NCBI GenBank assembly: GCA_036263035.1
Contig: DATAHR010000264.1
Span: forward strand, 1 to 59,774
Length of the DNA: 59,774 bases
Origin: Gaiellales bacterium
Lineage (GTDB): Bacteria > Actinomycetota > Thermoleophilia > Gaiellales > JAICJC01
Reading direction: 5' to 3'
In this document: piece by piece, positions 43,872 through 52,151 of the stretch
How the letters are laid out: the number at the start of each line of letters is the position of its first letter
How positions within the stretch are numbered: position 1 is the first letter of the stretch
The notes under the pieces: model-generated
Told to the model about the DNA's origin: nothing
The model's input: the letters and a program-made list of their open reading frames with translations, nothing else
The model's database searches: none
Program-made: the position numbers and the translations under genes

Positions 43872-44507
43872 ATGGGGCTCTACGAACGCGGAGGCAAGCG
43901 AGCGCTCGACATCGCCGGTGCAGGGGCGATGGCCGTCGTCACGGCGCCGGTGATGGGTGCCGTCGCCGTGGCCCTGTGGCGCACGCAGGGCCGCCCCATC
44001 ATCTTCACCCAGGAGCGGGTCGGGCGCGACGGCAGGGAGTTCACCATCTACAAGTTCCGGACGATGATCCGCGACGCCGCCGGCAAGGGGCAGGGCCTCT
44101 GGTTCGAGCGCAACGATCCGCGCATCACCCCGCTCGGCAAGTGGCTTCGGGCAACGTCGATCGACGAGCTGCCCCAGCTCTGGAACGTGATCAAGGGCGA
44201 CATGTCGCTCGTCGGCCCGCGGCCGAAGCCGCCCGAGCTGATCGACCGCTACCGCAGCCACTACGAGCCGACCCTGGCCGTGCGGCCCGGGCTCAGCCAC
44301 CTCCCCGGGGTGTCCGGGCGCAACACCCTGCGACGCTCGCAGATGATCGCCCTGGATCAGGAATACGTCCGCAACATCACCTTCCTCGGCGACCTGCGGC
44401 TGCTCCTGCGCACCGTCCCGGTGGTCATCTTCCGCCAAGGCTTCGACGCCGAGAACGAGACGGAGGAGTGGGTGGAGGACGTCCCGCCGGACGGTGCCCC
44501 TGCGTGA
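43872..44507 (+). CDS. Small monotopic phosphoglycosyl transferase (bacterial sugar transferase, PglC/WbaP C-domain type)
   Basis: KRALDIAGAGAMAVV...IFTQERVGRDGREFTIYKFRTM...TSIDELPQLWNVIKGDMSLVGPRP. Confidence 0.92.
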   Translation: MGLYERGGKRALDIAGAGAMAVVTAPVMGAVAVALWRTQGRPIIFTQERVGRDGREFTIYKFRTMIRDAAGKGQGLWFERNDPRITPLGKWLRATSIDELPQLWNVIKGDMSLVGPRPKPPELIDRYRSHYEPTLAVRPGLSHLPGVSGRNTLRRSQMIALDQEYVRNITFLGDLRLLLRTVPVVIFRQGFDAENETEEWVEDVPPDGAPA

Positions 44508-45463
44508 GCTGGCTGTCGCTCGACGAGTACGCGGAGCGGTGGGAGGCGGAGGGTGACGGCGATCCGTACTTCGAGCCGGCCTTCCTGCGCGCGTCGTCGC
44601 TCGGCCAGGACGGCGAGCCGGCCGCCTTTGCCCACGACGGCGTGCTCTACCCCTTCCTCGTGCGCCCGCTGCCGGACGGCCGGGTCGATATCACCACCGC
44701 CTACGGGTTCGGCGGCCCCTGGGGCAGCGGCGGCTGGCGCGCCGCGTTCCGGGCGGCCTGCGCCGATCGGGGGGTCGTCTCCGAGTTCGTGCGGTTCCAC
44801 CCGGTCCGGGCGAACCAGGACCAGGCCGGCGACGACGTCCGGCTGACCCACGTCCAGGACATGGTGGTTCTCGACGTCGGCGCCGACGATGAGGAGCTGA
44901 TCCGCCGCATGGTGCCCCAGGCCCGCAACAAGCTGCGGAAGGCGATCCGAAGCGGCCTGACCGCGGAGCCCAGCCGCGACCTCGAGCGCTTCTGGCGGAT
45001 GTACTCCGACGCGATGCGCGCGCTCGACGCCGACCGCAGCTACCACTTCGGGCTCGACTACTTCGAGTCGCTGGACGGCCTCGGCGACGCGCTGCTGATG
45101 CTCGACGCCGGGCCCGCCGCTGCGCTGTTCCTGCGCGGCGCCGGAGCGATGCACTACTTCCTCGCCGCCTCGACAGACGAGGGCCGGCGGACGGCCGCGG
45201 CCAACCTCGTCATCTACGAGGCCATGCGCATCGCCCGCGACGCCGGACTGAGCGTCCTCAACCTGGGAGGAGGGCTGCGCGACGGCGACGCCCTGCACGC
45301 GTTCAAGTGCTCGTTCGGGCCGGGTCGCCGGCCCTACTTCGTGGGCGCCGCGGTGCACGACCAGGGCGCGTACAACCGGCTGTCTGCCGCCGCCGGTGCG
45401 GCTCCCGACGAGCCGTTCTTCCCCGCCTACCGCCGCCCGGCGACGGCTTCGGCGGGGCCGTGA
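44504..45463 (+). CDS. FemAB-like / GNAT (Acetyltransf_6-type) acyl- or aminoacyl-transferase
   Basis: ARNKLRKAIRSGL, YHFGLDYFESL, HYFLAASTDEGRRTAAANLVIYEAMRIARDAGLSVLNLGGG and AFKCSFG. GTGA overlap with the upstream gene. Confidence 0.7.
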   Translation: MSWLSLDEYAERWEAEGDGDPYFEPAFLRASSLGQDGEPAAFAHDGVLYPFLVRPLPDGRVDITTAYGFGGPWGSGGWRAAFRAACADRGVVSEFVRFHPVRANQDQAGDDVRLTHVQDMVVLDVGADDEELIRRMVPQARNKLRKAIRSGLTAEPSRDLERFWRMYSDAMRALDADRSYHFGLDYFESLDGLGDALLMLDAGPAAALFLRGAGAMHYFLAASTDEGRRTAAANLVIYEAMRIARDAGLSVLNLGGGLRDGDALHAFKCSFGPGRRPYFVGAAVHDQGAYNRLSAAAGAAPDEPFFPAYRRPATASAGP

Positions 45464-45479
45464 CCCTATACTCGGGCCG

Positions 45480-46625
45480 GTGACCCTCCTTCTCCAGATC
45501 CTGTTCTGGGCCTCGCTTGCTGCCCTCGTCTGGACGCACCTCGCGTATCCGCTGGCCGTCGCCGCGTGGGCGAGGCTGCGGCCCTGGCCCGTCGCCAAGG
45601 CAGACGTCCTTCCGACCGTCAGCCTGATCATCCCCGCGTACAACGAGGAGCAGGTGATCGACGAAAAGCTGGAGAACGCCCTCGAGCTCGACTACCCCCG
45701 GGAGCTGCTCGAGATCGTCGTCACGTCCGACGCCTCGACCGACCGGACGCACGAGATCGTCCGGCGCTACGCCGACCGCGGCGTGCGGCTGATCGTCTGC
45801 GAGCGCGGTGGCAAGGTGGCCGCCCAGGACCGGGCGGTGCGCGAGACGACCGGTGAGATCGTCGCCTTCGGCGATGCGAACGTCCGCTGGGACCGTGACG
45901 CTGTCCGCCGCCTGGTGCAGGACTTCGCAGATCCGCGGGTGGGGATGGTCTGCGGCTACGTGCGGCTGGTCAACCCGAGCGGCGGCACCAACCAGGAGGG
46001 TCTCTACTGGCGCTACGAGATGTGGCTGCGCGAGCGGGAGTCGCGGCTGCACTCGATCACCGGCTCGAACGGCGCGATCTACGCCGTGCGGCGCGAGGCA
46101 TACCGCGAGGTCGACCCGCGGTTCGGCCACGACATGTCGTTCCCCTACCTGATGGTGCAGAACGGCTACCGCGCGGTCTACGAGCCGGATGCTCGCGGCA
46201 CCGAGAGCATGACCACCGACATCGAGGACGAGTTCCGGCGCAAGGTGCGGATGTTCGAGCACGCGTGGCTGATGCTCTTTCGCGGGCGCATGTTCGGGAT
46301 CCGCCGGCTCGGGCTCACGTACTGGGTGGAGCTCGTCTCACACCGGCTGCTGCGCTACTGGAGCGGCCCGCTGCACATCGTCCTGCTGGTGACGAGCGCC
46401 CTGCTCGCGACGCACGGGTGGTTCTACGCGGCCGTGCTCGCCGCGCAGCTGGTCGGCCTGGCGATGGCGCTGCTCTCGATCGCGGTGCGCGGGCGCTTCC
46501 GCGTCCTGCGTGTGCTCCACTACTACCTGCTGGTGACGCTGGCGACGGTGATCGCGCTGACCGGCTACGTGCGGCACGGCGTGCCGGCCACCTGGGACAA
46601 GGCCGCCGGCTCGCGTCTCACCTAG
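45480..46625 (+). CDS. GT2-family membrane glycosyltransferase (processive synthase-like)
   Basis: VSLIIPAYNEE, VVTSDASTD, FGDANV (DxD-like), NGAIYAVRRE, and a C-terminal multi-TM region. GTG 45480. Confidence 0.88.
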   Translation: MTLLLQILFWASLAALVWTHLAYPLAVAAWARLRPWPVAKADVLPTVSLIIPAYNEEQVIDEKLENALELDYPRELLEIVVTSDASTDRTHEIVRRYADRGVRLIVCERGGKVAAQDRAVRETTGEIVAFGDANVRWDRDAVRRLVQDFADPRVGMVCGYVRLVNPSGGTNQEGLYWRYEMWLRERESRLHSITGSNGAIYAVRREAYREVDPRFGHDMSFPYLMVQNGYRAVYEPDARGTESMTTDIEDEFRRKVRMFEHAWLMLFRGRMFGIRRLGLTYWVELVSHRLLRYWSGPLHIVLLVTSALLATHGWFYAAVLAAQLVGLAMALLSIAVRGRFRVLRVLHYYLLVTLATVIALTGYVRHGVPATWDKAAGSRLT

Positions 46626-46641
46626 CGATTCGCAGTTCGCG

Positions 46642-47082
46642 TCAGATCGCCGTCGGATCCAGCTCCCGTAAGCGGGTGGTCACCACCTCGAGCATGCTGA
46701 CTGCGATGCGCGGTTCCCGGTGCAGCGCCCGAAGGAAGGCTGACCGGGGCAGCTTCATGACCAACACCTCGTCCTCATCGGCCACCTCGACCGTCGCCGT
46801 GCGCGGCGCCCCATCGAAGAGCGACAGTTCGCCGAAGAATCCACCGGCGGGTATTCGCACCGGCGGACGGCCCGGCCGTCGAACGAACACCGAGCCCTCC
46901 AGAACGAGGAAGAACGCGTCGCCCGGCCGCCCGGCTTGAACCACCGGATGACGTGGCTGGTACCGACGCATCTCACCCAGTCTCGCTATCGCCCGCACCT
47001 GGCGCTTCGACAGGCCGGCGAAGATCGGCGTGTGAGCCAACTGCTCGGTCCATGCGATTGGCGACAACTCATCTCGAGTCAT
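46642..47082 (-). CDS. Stand-alone cyclic-nucleotide-binding domain protein (146 aa, no output domain)
   Basis: IFAGLSKRQVRAIARL...GDAFFLVLEGSV...FFGELSLFDGAPRTATV is the CNB phosphate-binding cassette. ATGA overlap with the cyclase stop. Confidence 0.85.
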   Translation of the reverse strand: MTRDELSPIAWTEQLAHTPIFAGLSKRQVRAIARLGEMRRYQPRHPVVQAGRPGDAFFLVLEGSVFVRRPGRPPVRIPAGGFFGELSLFDGAPRTATVEVADEDEVLVMKLPRSAFLRALHREPRIAVSMLEVVTTRLRELDPTAI

Positions 47083-48464
47083 GCGCGCTCATTCTCTCGC
47101 GGCCGTAACGCCGCATAGAGGTTCCATTCACCCGGAACTCCCTTCAGGGCGTGCCGCCCACGTCCCTCGAACTGGAGACCAGACCCGACCACCAGGTCCT
47201 TCACGGTCTGTGAGACGACCACCTCGGAGGGACCCGCCTCGGCGGCTACGCGAGCACCGATATTCAAGGCGATACCACCCACCGCGCCGTCGATGTTCTC
47301 GACTTCGCCGGTGTGAAGCCCGGCTCGGATCTGCAGCCCCTCCGGCTGAACCCGGTCGACCATGGCGAGCGCGCAGCGGATGGCCCGCGCCGGCCCGTCG
47401 AAACGGGCGACGAACCCGTCCCCGGTCGTATTCACCTCAGTCCCTCTGTGACTCGCCAGCAGTGACCGGATGACGGCATGATGCCGCTCGAGCATGTCCT
47501 TCCAGGCTCTGTCTCCGACGCGGAACGCGGTGTCCGTGGACTGGACGATGTCCGTGAAGAGCACCGTTGTGAGCTGACGATCGAGCTGTGCCGCCTGCTC
47601 CTGTGCCGCGACCAGGAAGGCTTCCACGGCCGAGACGAGCGGCTCGGGATCCTCAACCCATAGCACCGGAGCTGACCCCCTCACGGCAATCAGCTGGGCA
47701 CCCGGAATCCGGGCGGCTGCATATTCAGCCTGAGCCCGGCTGCCCCAGAAATCCGCCTCCGTTTTGTAGAGGACGCCCACGGGCACGCGAACCAACGGCA
47801 GCACGTCACGAACGTCGGTCTGATACCACATTCGATCGAATGCGGCGTAGCCCGTCGGCGTGGCTGAGTACCTCGCCGACTTGGCAACCCAGGCCAGAAA
47901 TTCTGGATCGCCCGCCGGGCCGTCTCGCGGAGAATCGCCGTAGGCCCAGCGCACGTGCTCATCGATGCGGTTCGGGTCCCCCCACGTCTCCACGAGCGTC
48001 GCCAGCGTTCGGTCGTGCTCGATCTCGTCGAGTCCCCAGGGGTACCCGGGTGCCTTGCGATCGAGGATCCAGCTGTCCATGCAGACCGCAACGGTGCGGT
48101 CCGGGTGGGCTGCTGCGAAGAACGCGGCGAGCGCCGGGCCGCCGGTTCCCCATCCGAGCAGCGCGGCACGCTCGACGTTCGCCGCGTCCATAACGGCGCG
48201 AACGTCGTCGGTACGGGCCTCGAGTTCCGGTGGGCTCGAGAACCGGTCGGACATACCCACGCCGCGCTTGTCGAACTGCAGCACTCGCATGTTCTGGGCG
48301 AGCCGGCGGCTGAAGCGGGCAAACCGAGGCTGCTCCCAGTAGACCTCGAGGTGCGATATCCAGCCGCGGATGTCTACGAGCGTCAGATCGCCATCGCCAA
48401 AGTCGTGGTACGCGATCGAGGCGCCGTCGATCGTTCTCGCCCAGCGGGTGTGCGGCGTCGTCAT
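47079..48464 (-). CDS. Alpha/beta-hydrolase domain fused to a class III adenylate/guanylate cyclase domain
   Basis: The N-terminal half has LLGWGTGGP in the nucleophile-elbow position. The C-terminal half has TTVLFTDIVQST, TTGDGFVARFDG, IRAGLHTGEV and NIGARV. Confidence 0.88.
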   Translation of the reverse strand: MTTPHTRWARTIDGASIAYHDFGDGDLTLVDIRGWISHLEVYWEQPRFARFSRRLAQNMRVLQFDKRGVGMSDRFSSPPELEARTDDVRAVMDAANVERAALLGWGTGGPALAAFFAAAHPDRTVAVCMDSWILDRKAPGYPWGLDEIEHDRTLATLVETWGDPNRIDEHVRWAYGDSPRDGPAGDPEFLAWVAKSARYSATPTGYAAFDRMWYQTDVRDVLPLVRVPVGVLYKTEADFWGSRAQAEYAAARIPGAQLIAVRGSAPVLWVEDPEPLVSAVEAFLVAAQEQAAQLDRQLTTVLFTDIVQSTDTAFRVGDRAWKDMLERHHAVIRSLLASHRGTEVNTTGDGFVARFDGPARAIRCALAMVDRVQPEGLQIRAGLHTGEVENIDGAVGGIALNIGARVAAEAGPSEVVVSQTVKDLVVGSGLQFEGRGRHALKGVPGEWNLYAALRPRENERA

Positions 48465-48472
48465 GACGCAGG

Positions 48473-48501
48473 ATGATCCGCCCAGCGGAGCCGGTTATCA
48501 A
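48473..48501 (-). promoter_or_regulatory. Sigma-70-like promoter TTGATA-N17-GATCAT, 8 nt upstream of cyclase ATG 48464
   Basis: Read on the minus strand: TTGATAaccggctccgctgggcgGATCATcctgcgtcATG. Confidence 0.45.
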
Positions 48502-48521
48502 GGGCCCGTCGGTGCGGTCAC

Positions 48522-49493
48522 CTAGCGCCCGAGCCGCCGCCGGATCAGGTACGGCACCTCCCGGCCCCGCTCGCGCCACACGTGCAGCACCGTGAAGTGC
48601 CAGCCTTTCACCGCCCAGTTGTGCGCCTGCCAGGCGGCGTCGGGGATGCGTGGCGGCGTGCTTCCCTGCCCCGTCTCGTACCCGTGCCGCTCGAGCTCGG
48701 CGCCGGCGATCGACTCGAACAGCGCCACATCCGACGGCCGCATCTGCCGCCGCCACTTGCCCACCGACGCGGCGGTGATGCCCGCATAGAGCTCCGTGAA
48801 CCATGCCTCCTGACCGGCTGCGATCCGGTCCTGCGGGGTCTCCTCCACCGCCAGCATCCCCGGCTCGTACGCGATCTCGAGGAAGCGGCAGATCCCCGGC
48901 ACCACTCCAGCAGGGTCGGCGACCAGATCCTCGTAGCGCACCGTCAGCAGGTCGTCTCCGAGCCACTCGGCGTCGCGGTCCACCGCCCGCACGGCGTTGC
49001 GCCACTGGTGCGCCGCCGCCCACACGTTCGCCGGCCCGAACGGCACCCGCAGCAGCGAGAGCGCCACATCCCGGCCGTCGCGCACCAGGTTGACGATCCG
49101 CGCTTCCGGGAACACGCGCCGAATCTCGGCCAGGTGCTCGACGTAGTACGGCGTCTTGTCACCCCACCCCGGCTTCCCGTGCTGATCGGCGTAGGCGAGA
49201 TAGGGGGACTCCAGGGCGGCCCGGTAGGCCTCGGCGCCGTGCCGTCCCTCGCTCCGTGGCGGACGCCTGGCAAGTCGCCACTCCCGCACCTTCGGATGCC
49301 GCCACACGGCCGCCGCCAGACGGTCGAACTGCTCGTCGGTGTCGAGGGCGCCGAACCGGCCGCGGATGGCGGCCATGTCGACGACGATCATCGATTCCGT
49401 CGGGATGGCCACGTCGGCGCTGCGATCGAGGATCAGCCGCAGCATGGTCGTGCCCGAGCGGTCGCAGGCGACGATGAAGAACGGCCTGGCCAG
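48522..49493 (-). CDS. PAPS-dependent sulfotransferase (Sulfotransfer_3-like); probable non-canonical CTG start
   Basis: FFIVACDRSGTTMLRLIL (5'-PSB loop) and LVRDGRDVALS (3'-PB region). The P-loop lies upstream of the first ATG (49445). The only in-frame start after the TGA at 49497-49499 is CTG at 49493. Confidence 0.75.
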   Translation of the reverse strand: MARPFFIVACDRSGTTMLRLILDRSADVAIPTESMIVVDMAAIRGRFGALDTDEQFDRLAAAVWRHPKVREWRLARRPPRSEGRHGAEAYRAALESPYLAYADQHGKPGWGDKTPYYVEHLAEIRRVFPEARIVNLVRDGRDVALSLLRVPFGPANVWAAAHQWRNAVRAVDRDAEWLGDDLLTVRYEDLVADPAGVVPGICRFLEIAYEPGMLAVEETPQDRIAAGQEAWFTELYAGITAASVGKWRRQMRPSDVALFESIAGAELERHGYETGQGSTPPRIPDAAWQAHNWAVKGWHFTVLHVWRERGREVPYLIRRRLGR

Positions 49494-49496
49494 CGC

Positions 49497-50759
49497 TCAG
49501 CCCTTCGTGCGCAGCAGGTACAGGTACCGCGGCGCCGCGATCACCAGCCGGTTGAGGCCGGCAGTGACCACCGTCGAGTACCAGCCGTCGGGGAAGTGCC
49601 ACACCCGCCGGCCGGTGCGCGGATCGAAGGCCCACGTGTTGCCCATGTACTTCCCGCGCCCGTGTGACGAGACGTAGACGTAGTCGCCGATCACCGTCGG
49701 CGACGATGTCGTCTTGTAGGGCAGGTGCGCCGTCCACTTGACGTTCCCCGTGCGCGCGTCGAGCGCCTGGAACAGGCCGTTGTAGCTCGACTCGAACACG
49801 AGCCCGTTCCACACCGCCGGGCTCCCGTAGACCCAGCCGTCCATCGAATGGGACCAGGCGATCCGGCCGGTCGAGGCGACGAAGGAGTACAGCTTGCCGT
49901 CGGTGTTCCCGATGTAGACGCGCCCGTAGCGGACGTTCGGCGTGGAGTAGAAGGTGCCCGACCGAAAGCCCGACGACAGCCCGTTCGTACCCGTCTTCCA
50001 GCGCAGGTGCCCGTTGATGCCGATGCAGTACATCGCCCCGGAGTAGTCGCCGAAGTAGAGCCGGCCCTGCTGCAGCGAGATCGAGCTCTTCACCGCCCCG
50101 GACGCGTGGAACGTCCACAGCACCCGGCCGGTCTTTGCGTCCAGCGCCCGCACCGTCCCGTCGAGCGCCCCCATGAAGATCTTGCCGAAGGCCACGGTCG
50201 GCGGCGACTCCATCACCGAGCCGATGCCGGTCTTCCACACCGTGTGCCCGGTCTTCGCGTCCAACGCGTAGACCTTCCGGTCGTACGCGCCGATGTACAC
50301 GAGCCCCTTGTAGATCGCCGGCTGGTTCAGCACCTTGTGGAAGTCGCGAAGCCACAGCATGTCGCCCTTCACCGACTGGGCCCAGACGATCCCCCCATCG
50401 GAGGCCGCGTACAGCACGCCGTCCCTGTAGGACGGCGGGTACTCGAGGATGCCGTGCGCCGATCGGCGCCACAGCGTCACGTACGGCGGGTGGACGCCGG
50501 CCTGGGCTGAGGCGTCGCGGTTGTGGGACGGGTTCAGCCCGTACATCGGCCACGGCGGCCCGTAATCCGGCCCCTGCTGGGCGGTGGATGCCGGCTGGGA
50601 GGACGCGGGCGGCTCCGGCGTGCTCGTGAACGGGGAGCTGGCGCCGTTGTGGATGTCACCGGCCGGCCGCGTGACGAGCACGTATGCAACCGCCGCGCCG
50701 GCACAGAGCAGCGCCAGTAGGCCGGCGGCCACGATGATCAGCGTGCGGCGCCTGCTCAC
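49497..50759 (-). CDS. Membrane-anchored PQQ-like beta-propeller repeat protein
   Basis: N-terminal TM, then repeated G-x-VYALDAKTG-x-x-W type blades (VYALDAKTGHTVW, VRALDAKTGRVLW, LYSFVASTGRIAW, FQALDARTGNVKW). GTGA overlap with the upstream gene. Confidence 0.85.
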   Translation of the reverse strand: MSRRRTLIIVAAGLLALLCAGAAVAYVLVTRPAGDIHNGASSPFTSTPEPPASSQPASTAQQGPDYGPPWPMYGLNPSHNRDASAQAGVHPPYVTLWRRSAHGILEYPPSYRDGVLYAASDGGIVWAQSVKGDMLWLRDFHKVLNQPAIYKGLVYIGAYDRKVYALDAKTGHTVWKTGIGSVMESPPTVAFGKIFMGALDGTVRALDAKTGRVLWTFHASGAVKSSISLQQGRLYFGDYSGAMYCIGINGHLRWKTGTNGLSSGFRSGTFYSTPNVRYGRVYIGNTDGKLYSFVASTGRIAWSHSMDGWVYGSPAVWNGLVFESSYNGLFQALDARTGNVKWTAHLPYKTTSSPTVIGDYVYVSSHGRGKYMGNTWAFDPRTGRRVWHFPDGWYSTVVTAGLNRLVIAAPRYLYLLRTKG

Positions 50760-52090
50760 GATGCGGTCGTCGGTTGGAGACCTGCGGCCCGCTGCCGAGC
50801 GCCCACCGGCGCGAACAGCCCCGCGCCGGTGACGACGAGCAGCAGCACCACGTAGAAGTAGTCGAAGCCCATGGTCAGATAGAAGAAGTTCGCCGCCACG
50901 GTGCCGATCACGGCCGCCGTCAGCCCGGCGCCGAGCAGTCGCCGGTAGGGATCCTGCGCGTGGCGCATGAGCAGGACGGTGGCGATGGTCCAGCCGAGGA
51001 AGACGAGGTAGAGCGCGAGCCCGACGACGCCGGTCTCGACCAGCGTGGCCACCCAGAAGCTGTGCGGGCCGAAGTCCGCCTTACCGGTCAGGAACTGGTA
51101 GAAGACGGCGAAGGTGTTGTAGCCCCGGCCGAACAGCGGGTGGGGCATGAGCGCCGGCTCGACCAGCGAGTAGAACTCGAAGTGTGTCTGCACGCCGTGG
51201 CCCTGCACGTTCGTGCGGGACGCGACCACCGTGCGCACGAAGCTGGACGACGCGTAGAGGGCGGCGAACAGCCCCAGCGGCACCGCGGCCGCGATGGCCA
51301 GCGTGCGCAGCCGCGGCAGCCGCGGCAGGATCGTCGGGGCAAGCACGCAGAGCCCGACGATGTCGCCCAGCGCCGCGCTTCGGGACAGCGTGAGCGTCTG
51401 CACGATGAAGAGGAAGGCGAGCAGCAGCCCGAGCCGGCGGTTTGCACGCCGGTCGCTGAGGTAGATGGGCAGCAGCACCAGGATCGGCACGCACAGCATG
51501 ACGCCCAGGTGGTTCGGGTCACCGGTCAGCGCGTTGATCCGGTAGATGTTCTGGGAGCCCCCGATCTGCCCGTACACGTTGATCCCGTTGAACTTGCCCT
51601 GGCCGGCGGTCAGCGGCGCCACCACCAGCCGGTCGAGGTTGATTCCCGCTCCCACAACCAGCACCAGCTGCAGCGCTCCATACGCCGCGTTCGCCGCGAT
51701 CCCGTACACGAACCACTTGAGCGCGCGGTCGAACAGCCCCGCGCCGCGCCGCAGCACGTGCGCGGTCGCCGTCACCAGGAACGCGAAGTGCACCAGCCAG
51801 GTGGCGATGCCCTTCGCCCAGAAGGCGAGGTCCTGCTTGGTCGCGAGGTCGAAGTAGCCGGCCAGGTAGACCGCGAAGAAGGCCAGCATGAAGCCAGCCA
51901 GGGTCACGCAGACGTGGGGCAGAGCGTCGTCGCGGCGCTGGATTCGCGCGACCAGCCAGGCCGCGACGAACACGGTGCAGGTGATGTTCGTGATCAGCAG
52001 CTGCAGCCCGCCCGCCTGCCACTGGATCTTCTCCAGCGTCTGGACGAACAGCGTGACGAGCAGGATACGGTCGAGCGTGCGGTCGCTCAT
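50756..52090 (-). CDS. O-antigen ligase/polymerase-like (Wzy_C) polytopic membrane protein, copy 1
   Basis: More than 10 TM helices. LTLSRSAALG, a loop, then GRGYNTF...PHSFWVATLVETGVVG is typical of Wzy_C. Confidence 0.75.
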   Translation of the reverse strand: MSDRTLDRILLVTLFVQTLEKIQWQAGGLQLLITNITCTVFVAAWLVARIQRRDDALPHVCVTLAGFMLAFFAVYLAGYFDLATKQDLAFWAKGIATWLVHFAFLVTATAHVLRRGAGLFDRALKWFVYGIAANAAYGALQLVLVVGAGINLDRLVVAPLTAGQGKFNGINVYGQIGGSQNIYRINALTGDPNHLGVMLCVPILVLLPIYLSDRRANRRLGLLLAFLFIVQTLTLSRSAALGDIVGLCVLAPTILPRLPRLRTLAIAAAVPLGLFAALYASSSFVRTVVASRTNVQGHGVQTHFEFYSLVEPALMPHPLFGRGYNTFAVFYQFLTGKADFGPHSFWVATLVETGVVGLALYLVFLGWTIATVLLMRHAQDPYRRLLGAGLTAAVIGTVAANFFYLTMGFDYFYVVLLLVVTGAGLFAPVGARQRAAGLQPTTAS

Positions 52091-52097
52091 CCGCCGC

Positions 52098-52103
52098 AGT
52101 CTA
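52098..52103 (-). promoter_or_regulatory. -10-like TAGACT, 7 nt upstream of ATG 52090
   Basis: Minus strand TAGACTgcggcggATG. Confidence 0.4.
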
Positions 52104-52139
52104 GGGTTGCGCCCCGGCGCGAGGCGTCATCGCGCTCTC

Positions 52140-52145
52140 TACCAT
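52140..52145 (+). promoter_or_regulatory. -10-like TACCAT, 6 nt upstream of ATL ATG 52152
   Basis: TACCATcgcgccATG. Confidence 0.4.
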
Positions 52146-52151
52146 CGCGCC

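Noticed and set aside
47100-47113. 12-mer CCGTAACGCCGC identical to the left end of the 21.4-kb element, inside the cyclase gene 3' end
   Set aside because: It lies in a well-supported coding frame (…AALRP…) with no partner inverted repeat or palindrome pair nearby. It is most likely chance or a solo fragment. A weaker resemblance at 22965-22982 (CTACCGGGTTCACGGCC) was discounted for the same reason.
49497-49499. Selenocysteine recoding of the in-frame TGA between the PQQ-propeller and sulfotransferase genes
   Set aside because: No SECIS-like stem-loop is apparent immediately downstream, and nothing in the families suggests a selenoprotein. It is kept only as a read-through or CTG-reinitiation question in the findings.
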